Source: Tubulanus polymorphus (Eukaryota > Animalia > Nemertea). From it: DNA of 64,000 nucleotides. The stretch spans positions 20,963,910 to 21,027,909 of the forward strand of contig NC_134031.1 of NCBI RefSeq assembly GCF_964204645.1, read 5' to 3'. The notes beneath the pieces were generated by a model. It was not told where the DNA came from. It searched no databases and was given only the letters and a program-made list of their open reading frames with translations. Position numbers and translations under genes: made by a program. Positions 12,432 through 25,696 of this stretch are shown here, piece by piece. Position 1 is the first letter of the stretch. Every line of letters begins with the position of its first letter.

Positions 12432-15400
12432 TTAATGGCATCCACAAGATTTGACGCTCATGTTGCGGTATTTTTTCAAGACGACGTTCGAATACTCGTC
12501 GAAATAAAGCACAGATATCGCTTTCAGTTTGGTTGGCGCGCAGCACGGCTTCGGTACGTTTAACGGTTTCATCGAGTGTAGAAGAGTCTGTAACAGAAGA
12601 CGATACGGCAGACGATGAAATCCACAGGGAACGATGCAAAATTATGGTGGCTGAATTAGGCTTAACTGAAATATATTTTGTTTACGTAAAATCTAATTTT
12701 AGGCAATTTGCAAAAATTGTTAAGACACTACATTCAACAATTTAAAAGAAAGTATCTATTTTCTCTATAGGCCTATAATCCCTTGTAGGCCTATAATCCC
12801 TTGTTTTGTACAATCAGTCCATCTCTCACATTTGTTATTTGTGTTTTCGTAGAAAAATGAGAAAATATACAATCATCAAAATATCGTTTTTACACTTTTA
12901 ATGTTATATACTTCGTTTTTGTGCGACAGCAAATGAAAGTTTGTCGAACAACGCGTCTATGGAAACGTTCTGATGGGAAACATAAATTAGTTGCCCGTTT
13001 CTCGAGTGCAAATTGAAAGTTTCGTCGAGCTTTCAGACAACACTTTCTATTATACTGGCTGGCCTGCGTACGTACCTGAATTATAGCGTGGTTAGTGGCG
13101 TTCATGTGCGAGTTCAGAGGAAATGAACATTCACCGTAACAGTAATACGCCGGATATCCTTCAGGGGCTATTATCCAATCCTACATAAATTAATTGATGC
13201 AATGAATGACGTTCACTTCATGTCGATTTCAGACTCAAGAAAAGATTTTCAAACATTACCTGCCATTTGAGATCTTTAAAACTAACGTATAAAGTTCGCT
13301 TTTGGCAAATCTGATGATTATATCGGTTGTCTACAAAACAAAAATTTCGTTTGGTAAACATGTGGCCCTGTGCAGTATTTTCTTTTTTTTTTAACGTTTA
13401 TTTTCTATCTATGTCTCAGCGCGAGAAAACCAATAATTCTTTTTCCAGAAATCTAGAAAACGTGATATAATCCTTCAACAGCTTCGTTATTAGCGATGAT
13501 TGTGGAAATTAAAAATAAAAAACGTTTGTGGAGAAAATGTGATTAAATGCGCGCTTACATGTCATTCGTCCCCAGTTCCAACCACCGGCGTCGTTGTACG
13601 TGACGTCAGCAGGGTTTTGTCGCCGGCGAGCGGCTCTAGTTCGACGAACGTGAAGCTCTTTAACAACTTTGAATGAACCCACCATAAAGGCTTGTCTATC
13701 TTTGTGTCCTCTCAAACCGACAATTCCAACATCGTTCAGGTCTAATTCCTCACCAGACTCGCTCAGTATTTTCATCAACAGTCCCAGATTTTCAAGAGGG
13801 TGTATCATCCAGTACAGACCTGCGCTGGTGATGTTCAAATCGAGCCAACCTTCTTCGTCTGCCCTGAATGTTTTATTTGCTTCCAGAACTAATGGTTCCG
13901 CCCTGAAATACATATACACCGGTATTTTTCAACTAAAACTAAATTCAACTGATTTTGATTCTACAATAAACCGTCGATAAATGAATTATCGATAAATTCA
14001 TTACGGAAACTTTTTGGACTTCATCTTTCTCGTTATGTCACGATGATTCTCGCTCAGACAAACTAAGAGTTTATGAGATAAAAAGAATTAAAGTCTAAGA
14101 ACTTTGGAGAAAGATCTTGGAATCACGGTGAAAACTGAACCACAAATATAAAATTTCGATGAGGTCCACTTCTATTGGATGTGCTTGACCACGTCTTTCA
14201 ATAATGTTTATAGTTTTTGTCTTACTTCGGGTAGTGATTTTCATTTTGAAGCCGGTAAATCTGTATCGTAAAATTGCTTCCGATATATCGATGATGGCGC
14301 CGTTTGAAAAGTCGTAATTCCGCATCGGTTAAAGTTTCGTCCATTGGCACGTCCGCGAAATCGAAGTAGAACGAATTGTCTCTCCTGTGTCGAAGATGTT
14401 CCTGTTTTTTCGCTGGAAATTGCAAGGCAGTGGCATAGGTTTAGACATGGTATAGGTTTAGAAAGATAAGTCACAATATAAGATATAAAAAAGAAACATT
14501 TTTTGGGTACGTTATATAAACAGTAGTGAGAATGAAACAATGATGATATCGTGATTTATTTATCTGTGGATTTTTCTATGACAGAAGACTTTGTAAGACA
14601 GCGATCTTAGTCCTTATCGAGCTGCCGCGATACAATAGTAACAATCATATTGAAAGGTAAAACTTTAATTCAGAATTCGTTTTAAATTGAATAGAAACCA
14701 CATTGTGTAATGGGCCTTGTGTTGAATTATGGTGGCATAAGGAGAATTCACCTCGATTGATTTATCTCTATGTTAGTGGTGGGATGATTGGAGTTGAATT
14801 ATAGACGTTTTCTATATAGATCTTATCTGAAGACGGAATGGCGTCTTGTTAGTGTTCCGAATACAATAAGCCAGTGATATACGGGTGGTCTTATGTACGC
14901 TCAAAACGCTATTTCTTTCTGCGAGGAATATGGTTCAAATGCATAAATTCCCAAAGTATAGCGAGGCGCTTTAGTACCATTCGATATTGTTAATAGTTGT
15001 AATAAGAACCAAAATATTGCAAGGCCAAACCGAATCTAGGTTTTTTAATACAGTTTTACTTTTTTTTTATTTTTGAAAAAACTTTGTGTTTTGTTTAAAA
15101 GACTAAGAATATATATATATATTAAAAGCATAAAACCTAGTTTATCTTCTATACCTTTATTAATGAAACTCATGACCAGATCAGCGTGGTCCAATTCCTC
15201 CATGGCCCTCGCACTGGTGTTGAACATCCTCATTAGATGAAGTTGCGAATAGTATTTTTGATCACCTTCATCGCTTTCTGTCGATTTGTACAAATCCAAC
15301 ATAAACTGCGGGGCGGAATAATCGCGTCTGAACCAGCCTGGTTTCGGTCGCTGTTTCAAACCGAGTAAACTCAAGATCTCGTGTTGCAGTAAACTGCGTA

Positions 15401-15542
15401 CTTTCGTCTTCATGCGTTTAATAGCTACCGTGTGTCCTATTCCACCGGCGAGAACGTTGTCGGCAAAAATTCCGCTGAAACCATCGCAAATCGTTAGAAA
15501 ACAGGCGAAAATTAGACAAATCTGCAACACGTTCGACGCCAT
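12432..15542 (-). CDS. BMP5-8: BMP5-8 / gbb (60A) class TGF-beta family ligand, complete. Exons: 15542-15155, 14412-14226, 13902-13559, 13330-13260, 13180-13076, 12587-12432
   Basis: Signal peptide [21 protein letters not shown], then a prodomain with [29 protein letters not shown] and EEGWL, and furin site RRTR. The mature domain [102 protein letters not shown] has all 7 cysteines. Confidence 0.95.
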
Positions 15543-18500
15543 TGTGGCTGGAAATATTGTGGTAGAATTATACACGCGCAGCCTATAGTCCAGTTCGAGC
15601 ACCGAGCGTCAAATATCAATATATAATCAGTGATTCAAAGTAAATCGTTTACAGTATCTCGGTATAATACGGTATGAAAAGAGATTTCAAAACGAGTCAA
15701 AACGTTCGAATAGGCATTAGAGCCAGCAATACACTTTATATCCGAAAACGTTTGTATCAATAGTTGAACAAGTAAAAGGAATATCTCGACGCGGTCAAAA
15801 CATGTGTTCGGCTGATGGAAAAAATATCATCGATCGCTGCCAATAATCTATCGAATTAACGACGAATCTTTGATCTGTTATCGCTCTATATCATCCTTGG
15901 ATGAAAATTCCACGCATAGCTTTTACATTAGTTCCTGATATCTGTTGCTCCACTCCTCCTAGAAGTGAATTCAAATAACTTCAGTCGTTTGAATCTTAGT
16001 TCCGTTAATATAATACACCGTACAACTGCCTTTTTCCAGTTACTTTCTACTAATCCGCTTTTGAGAGTTTTTATCGAAGTTCTTCACCGGTTATATTCGT
16101 AAATTCGGAGCTCAATCGTTTGGCTTCACGTCTCGTACCTGTCGGCCATGTTTGTTTAGGCTGAACCAGGTAATTCGTAGTTTGTGCGCCAATAAAGCGA
16201 TCCTAAAGAGAACAGTAGACAGATACACGCTGTTTGCGCGATATTATTTCCATTACTATATGTCTCTCAGCATGGTTTCGAAATCTGTATCATATTCGAA
16301 AAGATTAAAAGAATGATAAGAAAGCCTCACTTTTCCCCGTAGAAATGAAGCGATTCTACGACGCACCAAAACAATAGAAACCAATGATAAGTGACAGAGC
16401 ATCATAACAAAGATGAATGATTGAAGATTAAAGTTAGCAAAATTCTTTGAAGTAGGTACGTAGGCCTAGGCATTCTCTGAATCGACGGCATTGAAATGGT
16501 TTTGGTTTGCCTCGTGAACGAATCGGTAAAAATGCCAGCCTGTTCGTGTTGATAGTGAGATAATTGACTAAAGCACTTAAGAAGCTATTATAAACGTAAA
16601 CTAAACTTAAAGGCTTTGCTTTCAAGATCAAGGGAGAAAAATGGCGTAGACGATGATGATAATTGATGAGTTTCTGTTTTAGATAGAAATTATTTTCTCT
16701 AAGTCAATAAAAGACTGGCGGATTCTTCACTGCGCGGGAATAGTAATATATCTTAAACAGTTGAAAATATGATCAGATCACGAAATATCAGAAAAATAAA
16801 TCAGGCTGCCCTGAGGTGGTGGGGAAACGGGTTCCTTATACAATACACCCTATAATTACCCTAGATTGGAACTCTAAATAGTCCCGCTATCGGAATATGC
16901 CACAATGAAATAATGTGTTCTCGTAAGGAGTTTCTATATACCATTCCGCAGAAAGCAATAATGAAACTAATAGCGTGAATCCTAAAGATGAATTTTTGGT
17001 GATTTTCATCGACTGTAATTTGCCTTCCATGTTTGAAATCTGCGTCTGAATTTAACAAAAGGCACCATCTTGATATATATTCTACATGTTTGGCTCGGTA
17101 TATCTATATATACATATACATATACACGCTTAATGTACACCGTTTTTAGGTTATAGGAGTGTCTAGGGTTTAAAGATTGAATTCGAGTGTTCATCAGACC
17201 TGTTAGGTTTATGGGGCGGGCCTAATCTTCTAGGGGAAGGTTCAATTTTGAGAAAGTGGGACTGCCCCTGTCTGGAAACATGAACTGGGTGTGAATGACA
17301 CGATCCTGGCTCTCCCCTCCGCCATTATTCAATATTTATAGAATATTCTGGGGCCCGAAATAGCGGTACTCTTTTTAAGGTGACACGTGTTCCCTAGCCA
17401 CCCCATCGCTTGCCCCCTTGTCGTGTATTTCCGACGTTACGGAGTTTCTCTAAAGCTAGAATGATTTAACAGATGTTGTTCAATCTTTGAAAATGAGGAA
17501 GAGAAAACCGTGTTGAGGTTTGACTGATGAGTCAACTCGTGAGGTTTACCTCTCGGCGCTGCTGGTGCTGGTGGTTTAATCAGTTTTGACAAGTTAATGT
17601 TCGCGCTCTTTAGCTGTTTATGTATTACTTTATCTGGCAGGGGCTTTTAGAGGAGCACCTGCTCTAACGCTCACTCACTGTCAGACGTCTATTACGTGTA
17701 GGTACGTAATATTACGCGAAATGGATAATTGAATCATCACAGAATTCCCAAAACAAATACACAAAGGCGGTCAATACAAAAACATCTTCCATCAACCAGG
17801 CTGATTACTGAAGAAAACCTGGTCGGTGCGTCCGATATTTCCACTATTTTTCTCGTCTTTTGAGGAAGGATATAATCAATCTTTCTATTCGGATAGATGG
17901 ATTGATCTAGGCTTATTCATAGATACATATAAACAGATATTTTGAGATATTTCTCGTCCGAGTCACGCGGACAAACCATAGATAGGATTTCCATGATAAA
18001 GCCTTCAGTCTGATTACTGAACGGCTCAGAATCTCTCAGATACCGACTGCAGAAATATCGCTTAGTTCGATCGACCCACTCTAAATGACTTTATCCATAC
18101 TCGGACAAGCTGAAAATAAAGCGCGAGATGTATGGCCCCATGTGAACATAAAATTAACGTAACGTGTTAGTTTAAGTAATTATGAGCATTTTTTTAATTA
18201 TTTCATTCGTGTGACAAAGATTCTCCAGCAAGTAAAAACAAGCGCTCACACTCACAGCAAAGTAAAGACTATAACCACAGTAACACACCAGTTCTTTTGG
18301 TGTGAATACTATATCAAAATTTAACAGTAATTAAATCAGTGTCTAATCATTATATTAAAATATCTAAGGAATTTAACATCTCAAATTTCATCACACGTAG
18401 AACACTACGGAAGATTTATTTCGACGGGTTGAGAGCTAAATTTCATATTCCCAAAAAATAAATTTGACTCTTGACTTTTTAAACTGTTGTCAAATTGTTT

Positions 18501-19362
18501 ACATCGCTTAAACAGTGACGAATATCATGATGTTATCTACCGATTGTTGCAATGATACATGAAATACGCAGAAATGTGTTACAAATTTAGACTCATTGCA
18601 ACATTACTGTAGTGGTTGATTTGATACATATTTACCGAACTGACAAGATGTAATGAGCCACAAGAAGGGTGAAACTTTTGTAATGAGCCTGTCTGAAATA
18701 CACTTATATCGTCTTGGTTTTCAGACTAGGAATTAATAAATTCATGGTTTAGGACTTGAGGACTCGTTCAAACGATAAACTCTCTCGTATACTGAGTTGT
18801 ATACGGTACTGGAGATTACGTGAAACGTTTTTCTCAATTACTTGTAGTACGGATATTCTAAATAAAAATGAAACCGTTTATTTTTTTTGCGGCTATTCAA
18901 CTATTTGAACTGTCTATTGAGAATTCGCCGTTTACAAGACCATTAAAAATATTGTTAGTTGTTTATCCGCTGATGTGAACAAAAGATGAAGTAGAGCTCG
19001 TTGAAAATTAGGAAAAAAAATAAGAAGACTGCAAATCAACCGCATCATTTGTATAAAGCTGACGTAATAATCAAATATTTCAAAACTTGGAAACATAACT
19101 AAAAATCTAACTGTTTTAGGGGAAATTCCCCTCACAGCATAGTGAAACGAAAACATACAACTAAACAGCTGATCTTAGCCAATTGTTTAATCCTTACCAA
19201 GTAAGAAAATCAATACGGTGAAAATTAACAAAATCAATACGGATAGGAAGACATAATAAAGTCGTAGTAAAAGTTCAGGGGCTGGTTTCATAGATAGGTG
19301 GCGCCCTGGGGCCCCGATAGATAGGTCAGGGTGGCGCCTCCGGGCTAAAGATAATACCAGTC

Positions 19363-19366
<4 letters not shown>

Positions 19367-19398
<32 letters not shown>
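19367..19398. repeat. (AT)n microsatellite
   Basis: Direct reading. Confidence 0.9.
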
Positions 19399-19400
<2 letters not shown>

Positions 19401-19858
19401 CCGGGCCATGCAGCAATCGGATCAATAACTGCAGTGTATTGCACATTGGCCACTTTAGTGCCATGTGATATCATAAAATACTCATGATCTGTTCTTCAGG
19501 AAAAGATTTAAGTTCGAGGGCTCAGTGGTTCTATACCCAATCCAACAACCTGAGACCAGTCTTCGAGTCCAGGCTGTGAAATCGGGCCTAGAAGTAAAAA
19601 GAGCATTTTCACCATACAGAAATATTTACAAAATGTTGCACACTTGTGAAAACATGAAAATTCATATGAAATTCTCTTATAGACTATTTGTAGGTGACTG
19701 ATTTTTCAGCATACGATAAAACGTAAGAATGAATAATTCTCACAAGTTAACAACAAATACATTTAGATATAAAATACTGTCTCGTTATAATGCTATGCAT
19801 TTTAAAGCTAAATAGTTTTCTTAAAAAAATATAACACAATATGATACACAATATGGTA

Positions 19859-20016
19859 CAGTAAACATCGCCTAACTTGGACATGACAAACACGGACGGA
19901 AATTAAACCATTTTTTTCTGAATTCCTAACCTATTTTCTTACCCTTAACTCGGACCTCACTAACCTCAGACTAAATTTGCCGGTATTAGTTTGTCCGCGT
20001 TAAGCGAGGTTCACTG
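19859..20016. mobile_element. Tc1/mariner-type MITE with TA target duplication
   Basis: TA|CAGTAAACATCGCCTAAC...GTTAAGCGAGGTTCACTG|TA, an imperfect TIR. Confidence 0.65.
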
Positions 20017-20114
20017 TAGCTCGGATACCAAATAATAAACTGTGTCCACATGATCACAGCCACTTAACAACATGGTTATCATTGTGAAATAAAACATCTT
20101 CGTTGTTTGATTAA

Positions 20115-20267
20115 GGGATCATTCATTTATTACGTACACATTAGGGGAGCCGGAGGTGTCAGTGCAATTGTGTACTGTAATTCTTAATGTATATGAAAAA
20201 ATGGCCGACTTTTCGTACAGAGGGGGGGTTGACAAATTGTATGCGTATGTTATTAATGAATGATCCC
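20115..20267. mobile_element. PIF/Harbinger (Tourist-like) MITE with TAA target duplication
   Basis: TAA|GGGATCATTCATTTATTACGTAC...GTATGTTATTAATGAATGATCCC|TAA. Confidence 0.7.
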
Positions 20268-22525
20268 TAAGGCCTAATACATTTACATTGACTTGATGAA
20301 ACTTTGAACTTGCATGTATAAATATTTCGTGGTCGCTGATTTTCACATTCACAAACATATGATTTATTCAAGTGACTTGAACACTATGAAGCACACGCAG
20401 CTTTTATAGATTATATAATTATAGAATAGTCCTGGATAAACATATAGACTGTTCTAGGCACTGTTGTTACCGGTAACAGATAGTAATATGCTGCAAGCAC
20501 ACGCCCATCAATAGAACACACCTAACAACTTCAAACCATTATATCAAGGACTCTCCCCGAGATATGGTTGGCAGCTCGACCTTGAGCCTACGCAATCCTA
20601 CATGCTTTGAATCTTAATTAATTTCAATTTCGAAAGATCATCGCAAGCTACTACTATTTTCCATTTCAAACAAGCAGGATATTATTCAAAATCTATATTC
20701 TAGAGCATTTTTCGGACTAGCAGGCCATCGGACTAGGGGGACGGTAACCGTCTCGGCTATTCCCTATAATAATAATTGGCTGGTTCATGAGAAAATACCT
20801 AAAATCTACGTCTACGATGCAACAATAAAATTAAAGAATTTAACGAAAACAATGCAGAATGCAGAAAAGCCGTAGCACCCAAACATTTCATAAATGCCTC
20901 CACATCATAAGCATAAAAATAAATACGAGATATGTAAAAATTCATGGATTGATATTAAATTTTTGATCGGCGCGGCCCGATTCAATTCAACGGTGGTGAA
21001 TCAGCGCGATTCAATAACGCGGCGGTGAATCAGTTTTGATTGATTGATAGCGTTGTAGCTATTGTTAATACTGGATTTGATTTGATTTAATTAATTCATT
21101 CTAATGACTAAAACCAATGAAAGCAAAAACGATATGAATATCAGCGTGACATGTGTGATCTTTTGTTTATGTTTACTAATCTCTCAAGGTTAGTGGAGGT
21201 TTTCCAACTACTGGCAGCAGTTCCCAGTGTAAATCCACGATCGCGCAAACGTTTTTGACTCGAGCCAAATTTGGCCCTTGCCGACAGGACGATTCATTTT
21301 GATAGCGTTCTAGTAACGAGTGACTGAACACACATCTACGGTGAATAGGCACGGACCAAACTTGATTTCGAGTTTGAACCGGGCGATTGCAGCTAAAGGA
21401 TTAAGTTTTAAAAATATGCAATCCACGGCTAGAGTCAACCTCTTCGTATAAACCTTTATCAGTAACAAATTGAAATGTTTTCATCAACAAAATTTGCAAG
21501 AAAATGTTCGAATCAATCAGTAATCACTGATTATACACTCGGTAACATCTCACACGGTATTTCTCTCTTTAAGTCGATATAGTAGCCACTAGCTGTCTCA
21601 GCTAAATGAAAGTTTAAACTTAAAATTGGACAAAAATTTATACATCAGAAAAAACATATGAGATCTTTTTAAAATTACATCATACTATTACATCAGTAAA
21701 TCCAGTAGAAATTATCGTTTCATTCGGATCATTCGCAACCGATGAACTTAATCCGGATTAAACATCATTGTTTATGTACATTTGGTGGACTACAACTACA
21801 TGGTAAAATCCGTATCAGATTGAAATCCAGATTAAAGCGATTTGAATCAAGCCGGTTTATGTCTGATTGGCAGTAGAATGTTTGCTAGAACCATTATCAA
21901 ACTACTTGCATTTAAGTTAAATTCATAAGTCGCGATCACAAGAGTATTTTTTACCTGATTTGCCAGATTAGGGTTTTGTCAGAAATGAGTCTGGTCAGGC
22001 CTGCGCGAAATCATTCTGTCGAATTTTTAAACTAATGTGTAGTGAATTTTATTGAAAATTCATGCACATAATTTAATAGAAATAAAATTCAAAAGTTTAA
22101 AATATTCCTCAATTCACTCAAATTCGCCTGAACTCTTTTTCGTGTGCTACACAATGACAGTTACTAAAGGATTCGAACCCATAATCCTAGGATCAATGAG
22201 GCATGGGCCAAATCTTATCCGGGCCTTGTGTGGATCAGTTTGACCTGGCACAAGTGGTCTCCATGTGATCGCGGCTACAGCGTATAAATAGATGATCATC
22301 TACTCTTCGCTAGAACATAAAGCTTACAATTGCGCACATGGGGAATGGGGGGTCACGAATCAGCTTAATTTTATGTACATACTATATGATAAGCCCCTTA
22401 CCATATATGGTAAGCAAAAATAATAATCAGTATTTTGAAGGCATTCAGGACATATTTTGAATTATACTTTGTAAGAAAAAAGCAATTTGATTATGATTTG
22501 AGTTATAATTTCTCAGTGTCGGCTT

Positions 22526-22828
22526 CATCCTCCATTGGCAGGGATTTAAACCCGATGGCATCGATAGACTCAGCCATGGCACAAAACCCTGCCACACAGT
22601 AGCCAGTGTACGCATTAGCCAGTTCTGCTGCAATGAAACTTGAGGCACCACAGATTTCATGTTGTACAATAACTGAGGCAAATTTCATGGAATGGAAAAA
22701 CCTGGGCTAAAATAAAACAGGATTTCTGATTGGCATCATGACATCATCTAAGCTGTGCATGTGCACTCAGTGGAGTGTGGCAGGGCAATCTCGATGCCAT
22801 CAAGTTCGAATCCCTACCGGGGGGGATG
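22526..22828. mobile_element. Inverted pair of tRNA-derived SINE-like segments (22526-22620 and 22752-22828)
   Basis: CATCCTCCATTGGCAGGGATTTAAACCCGATGGCATCGA...CCCTGCCACAC is the diverged reverse complement of GTGTGGCAGGG...TCGATGCCATCAAGTTCGAATCCCTACCGGGGGGGATG. B-box-like GTTCGAATCC at 22804-22813. Confidence 0.5.
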
Positions 22829-22897
22829 TGTCGGTTTAAAAAACTTTTTTTAAATTCAACTATCAAGCATCGGGACACAAATTCTATATCCTGCTTT

Positions 22898-24447
22898 TTA
22901 CAATGTAGGTGGAACTATCGTACTATTCGCTTTGATTTTTCCGAAAATGCTCAATTTACTCGAGTATTCTTGACAATCATACTCGAACCGGCGACCGAGT
23001 ATAACATTCAGAGCCGACATGTCGTAATGATGGCAGCCCGAATATCGATACAACGGTTTACGGAATTTATTACAAACTGCGTTCTGCGCTCCCGGAGGTC
23101 GGATACATTCCTCCATCAACGAACACTGCACCCACGGCAACATAATATGCGAATGAATCTGTTCTAAATTGTACAAGAGAAGTCGATCGGTCGAAACCAT
23201 CCGATGGAAATAATAGTCTTCCCGACGCGCTTTAAAAAACCGGAAAGTTTTCGGATGAGTGAGTGCCGAAGTTGGCTCGTCGACGGTCCACGCCGTGATG
23301 CCCACTTTCTCCGCCTGTTTCAACACTTTTTCGATGTCCCCGGTGATGAAGTATTCTTTCTTCTCATTCAGATCGATCCAAAATACAGCTCCGTACAAGT
23401 TCAACAGCTCCTGAAATTAGACCCAAAAGATTACGCGCCATCTTGTTTTGTAGAATATTATCTATGAGGCCATTTCTTTTTAAAAAGTTGGATCACGGAT
23501 GCCCCGTACAAGTGATGCAGTTTTGGCGTGTGCGTACCGGTGGTGCGTGAACTGGAAGCAGTTTTGGAGTGCGTGCCCATTTACACCGAAAAAACTCATC
23601 TGTCATTTTTCAGTTAACTTATTCAAATGGCTACATTCACATGTGCTCAATGAAATTCAAACTTAACTTTTTTCATATAACCAGACTCATCATGGAAGCC
23701 CGTTGATGCTGGGATAGCCCTGACAAGATATAGTTCAAGGTAGAGATACATTTTTTCATCTATCTGTATCTCAAATCATACCTGTATCGCGAGTGGTTTA
23801 TATGCTTTGATATCTGTGTTTTGTATATGATATGGAAATTTGTTAAATGGAAAACGCTTCACTTCACAATTGATTGTCTCGTTACAAGTGGATTGTAGCT
23901 GAAAGGAGAAAAAGTAACATCATAACACGCACTATACGGCACTTTATGAGGGGAATAGTAATATTGCAAGGCAAAGTGACTCCTTCAAAATTACCTGCTT
24001 ATTGTCGTATGTGCTGAGACCGATGTCGAAGAATACAACCTCGTAATCGGGCAGATAATGATGTACATTATCGGCTAAATCCTTCGCGAAACTGAAACTT
24101 CTCCACGAGACGGCGCTACCGATCACTGGCCGACTCCTACGTCTGCTGCTGCCTCGTTCTCGCCTTCTTTTCTTCGTCTGTTGTTGATTTATTTTAGGTG
24201 GATTATTCGTCAGGTATAGATTCGGATTGTCGGTGAAACCCAGATAATCGAGATACATTTCGTCAACTTGAAGCTCTTTGAAACCTTCCTGATCGTTGTG
24301 ACTTCGCGTCACTTTTAATTTGTGTAAAGTCCGATGCGTTGAAGCGACTATGTTGTGAAAGTCGGGTGTCGGATTGCTGACGAGCCACAGCATGACGACC
24401 ATCGACAACACCAACAATGAGAACAGGATCCAGTTTTTAGTTCGCAT
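22898..24447 (-). CDS. Type II membrane protein, DUF1647-like (putative glycosyltransferase-fold, uncharacterised). Exons: 24447(or 24531)-23995, 23898-23782, 23410-22898
   Basis: N-terminal TM anchor (NWILFSLLVLSMVVMLWLV), then PVIGSAVS...VFFDIGLS...FPFNKFPYH...AYKPLAIQELLNLYGAVFWID...THPKTF...MLPWVQCSLMEECIRPPGA...CHHYDMSALNVILG. I recall these motifs from the DUF1647 family. Both introns are phase-0 GT-AG. Confidence 0.8.
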
Positions 24448-25189
24448 TTTCTCGGGAATGTAAATTTTGAAACTCTCGAAATTGGTTTTTAATTGATTGT
24501 AGAAACTGCTCGATACCTTCGAGTCACTCATTAGATTTTACAGATCCATCTTCGCGATGAAGAAAAATCCTGAAATAAGAAGATAATTAGTAGGCCTAAT
24601 TATAATCAATGAAAGTCTCCAACTACATTTATCACACCGCACACAATAATCCAATCCAATTTTAACCGCTGCAAAAATAATACTCCGCGATCTTGAGTCA
24701 AAAAACGACCCAAAACCCAACTTTCTGGCGGAGATCATGAAATAAACTTAACTAGATAAAAGCACTGCAGTAAATTAAACACTGATCACCCTACTAATGT
24801 CAATACATGCGGCAGAGCATCAGGAACACCAGGAACCAGCCAGTCAGAGGTCTACATACACATACACGGTCACACCTACAAACAAACAACAACACTCCAC
24901 TCCTCGTCCCACTCCCAGCCAGTACCTGTCCGTTCTTGACAAGGTGAATTGTTTTAGTTTCTTTGCGACGATAATATTTCTCTTGATTCAAGTTCAAGCA
25001 ATTGTTAATTCTCGTCTTCGTATCAAAGATGTAAAGGTCTTACGGCTACATTATAACAGCCTGAGAACTGATTTACGGATCTTGAAGGATTCCTTTTAGT
25101 TATGCATCCGGATACGAATGTTTACGATGTTGAATGAAGATGTAATGAATTTGGGGTTATTACTCGTTCGAAGACGGTTCGTACTACCT

Positions 25190-25535
25190 AGGCCAACACT
25201 AGGGTTACTGCGTTTATTAACAGGCCAAAACTAGGGTTACTGCGTTTATTAACAGGCCAAAACTAGGGTTACTGCGTTTATTAACAGGCCAAAACTAGGG
25301 TTACTGCGTTTATTAACAGGCCAAAACTAGGGTTACTGCGTTTATTAAACAGGCCAACACTAGGGTTTCTGCGTTTATTAAACAGGCCAACGCTAGGGTT
25401 ACTGCGTTTATTCACCAGGCCAACACTAGGGTTACTGCGTTTATTCACCAGGCCAACGCTAGGGTTACTGCGTTTATTAAACAGGCCAACACTAGGGTTA
25501 CTGCGTTTATTCACCAGGCCAACACTAGGGTTACT
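25190..25535. repeat. Minisatellite, ~10.5 x 32-33 bp (AGGCCAACACTAGGGTTACTGCGTTTATTAAAC), between the divergent DUF1647-like and CNTD1 genes
   Basis: Direct reading. Confidence 0.95.
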
Positions 25536-25696
25536 AATAACTACGTTTATTCAGTGATAATAAATTAACACAATAAAAAGTGTTAATTGAATTTATCGCG
25601 CTACAGTCACTGTGAAATATCCGCCACATCATCAAAAAGTGGACGTTCGAGTGATTATACGACACGGCACGCTGCCCGTTCTCTAATCTCATTGAA

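Noticed and set aside
12890-13075. Read-through of ORF 12890-13105 as the BMP C-terminus
   Set aside because: Homology stops at the donor CAG|GTACGT; the true C-terminus is in exon 12587-12432.
22165-22215. tRNA gene suggested by GGTTCGAATCC on the minus strand
   Set aside because: Only a B-box-like motif with no cloverleaf; more likely a decayed SINE.
25190-25535. 33-bp repeat as a CRISPR array; ORF 25281-25514
   Set aside because: No spacers, eukaryotic context and no cas genes. The ORF is just the translated repeat.
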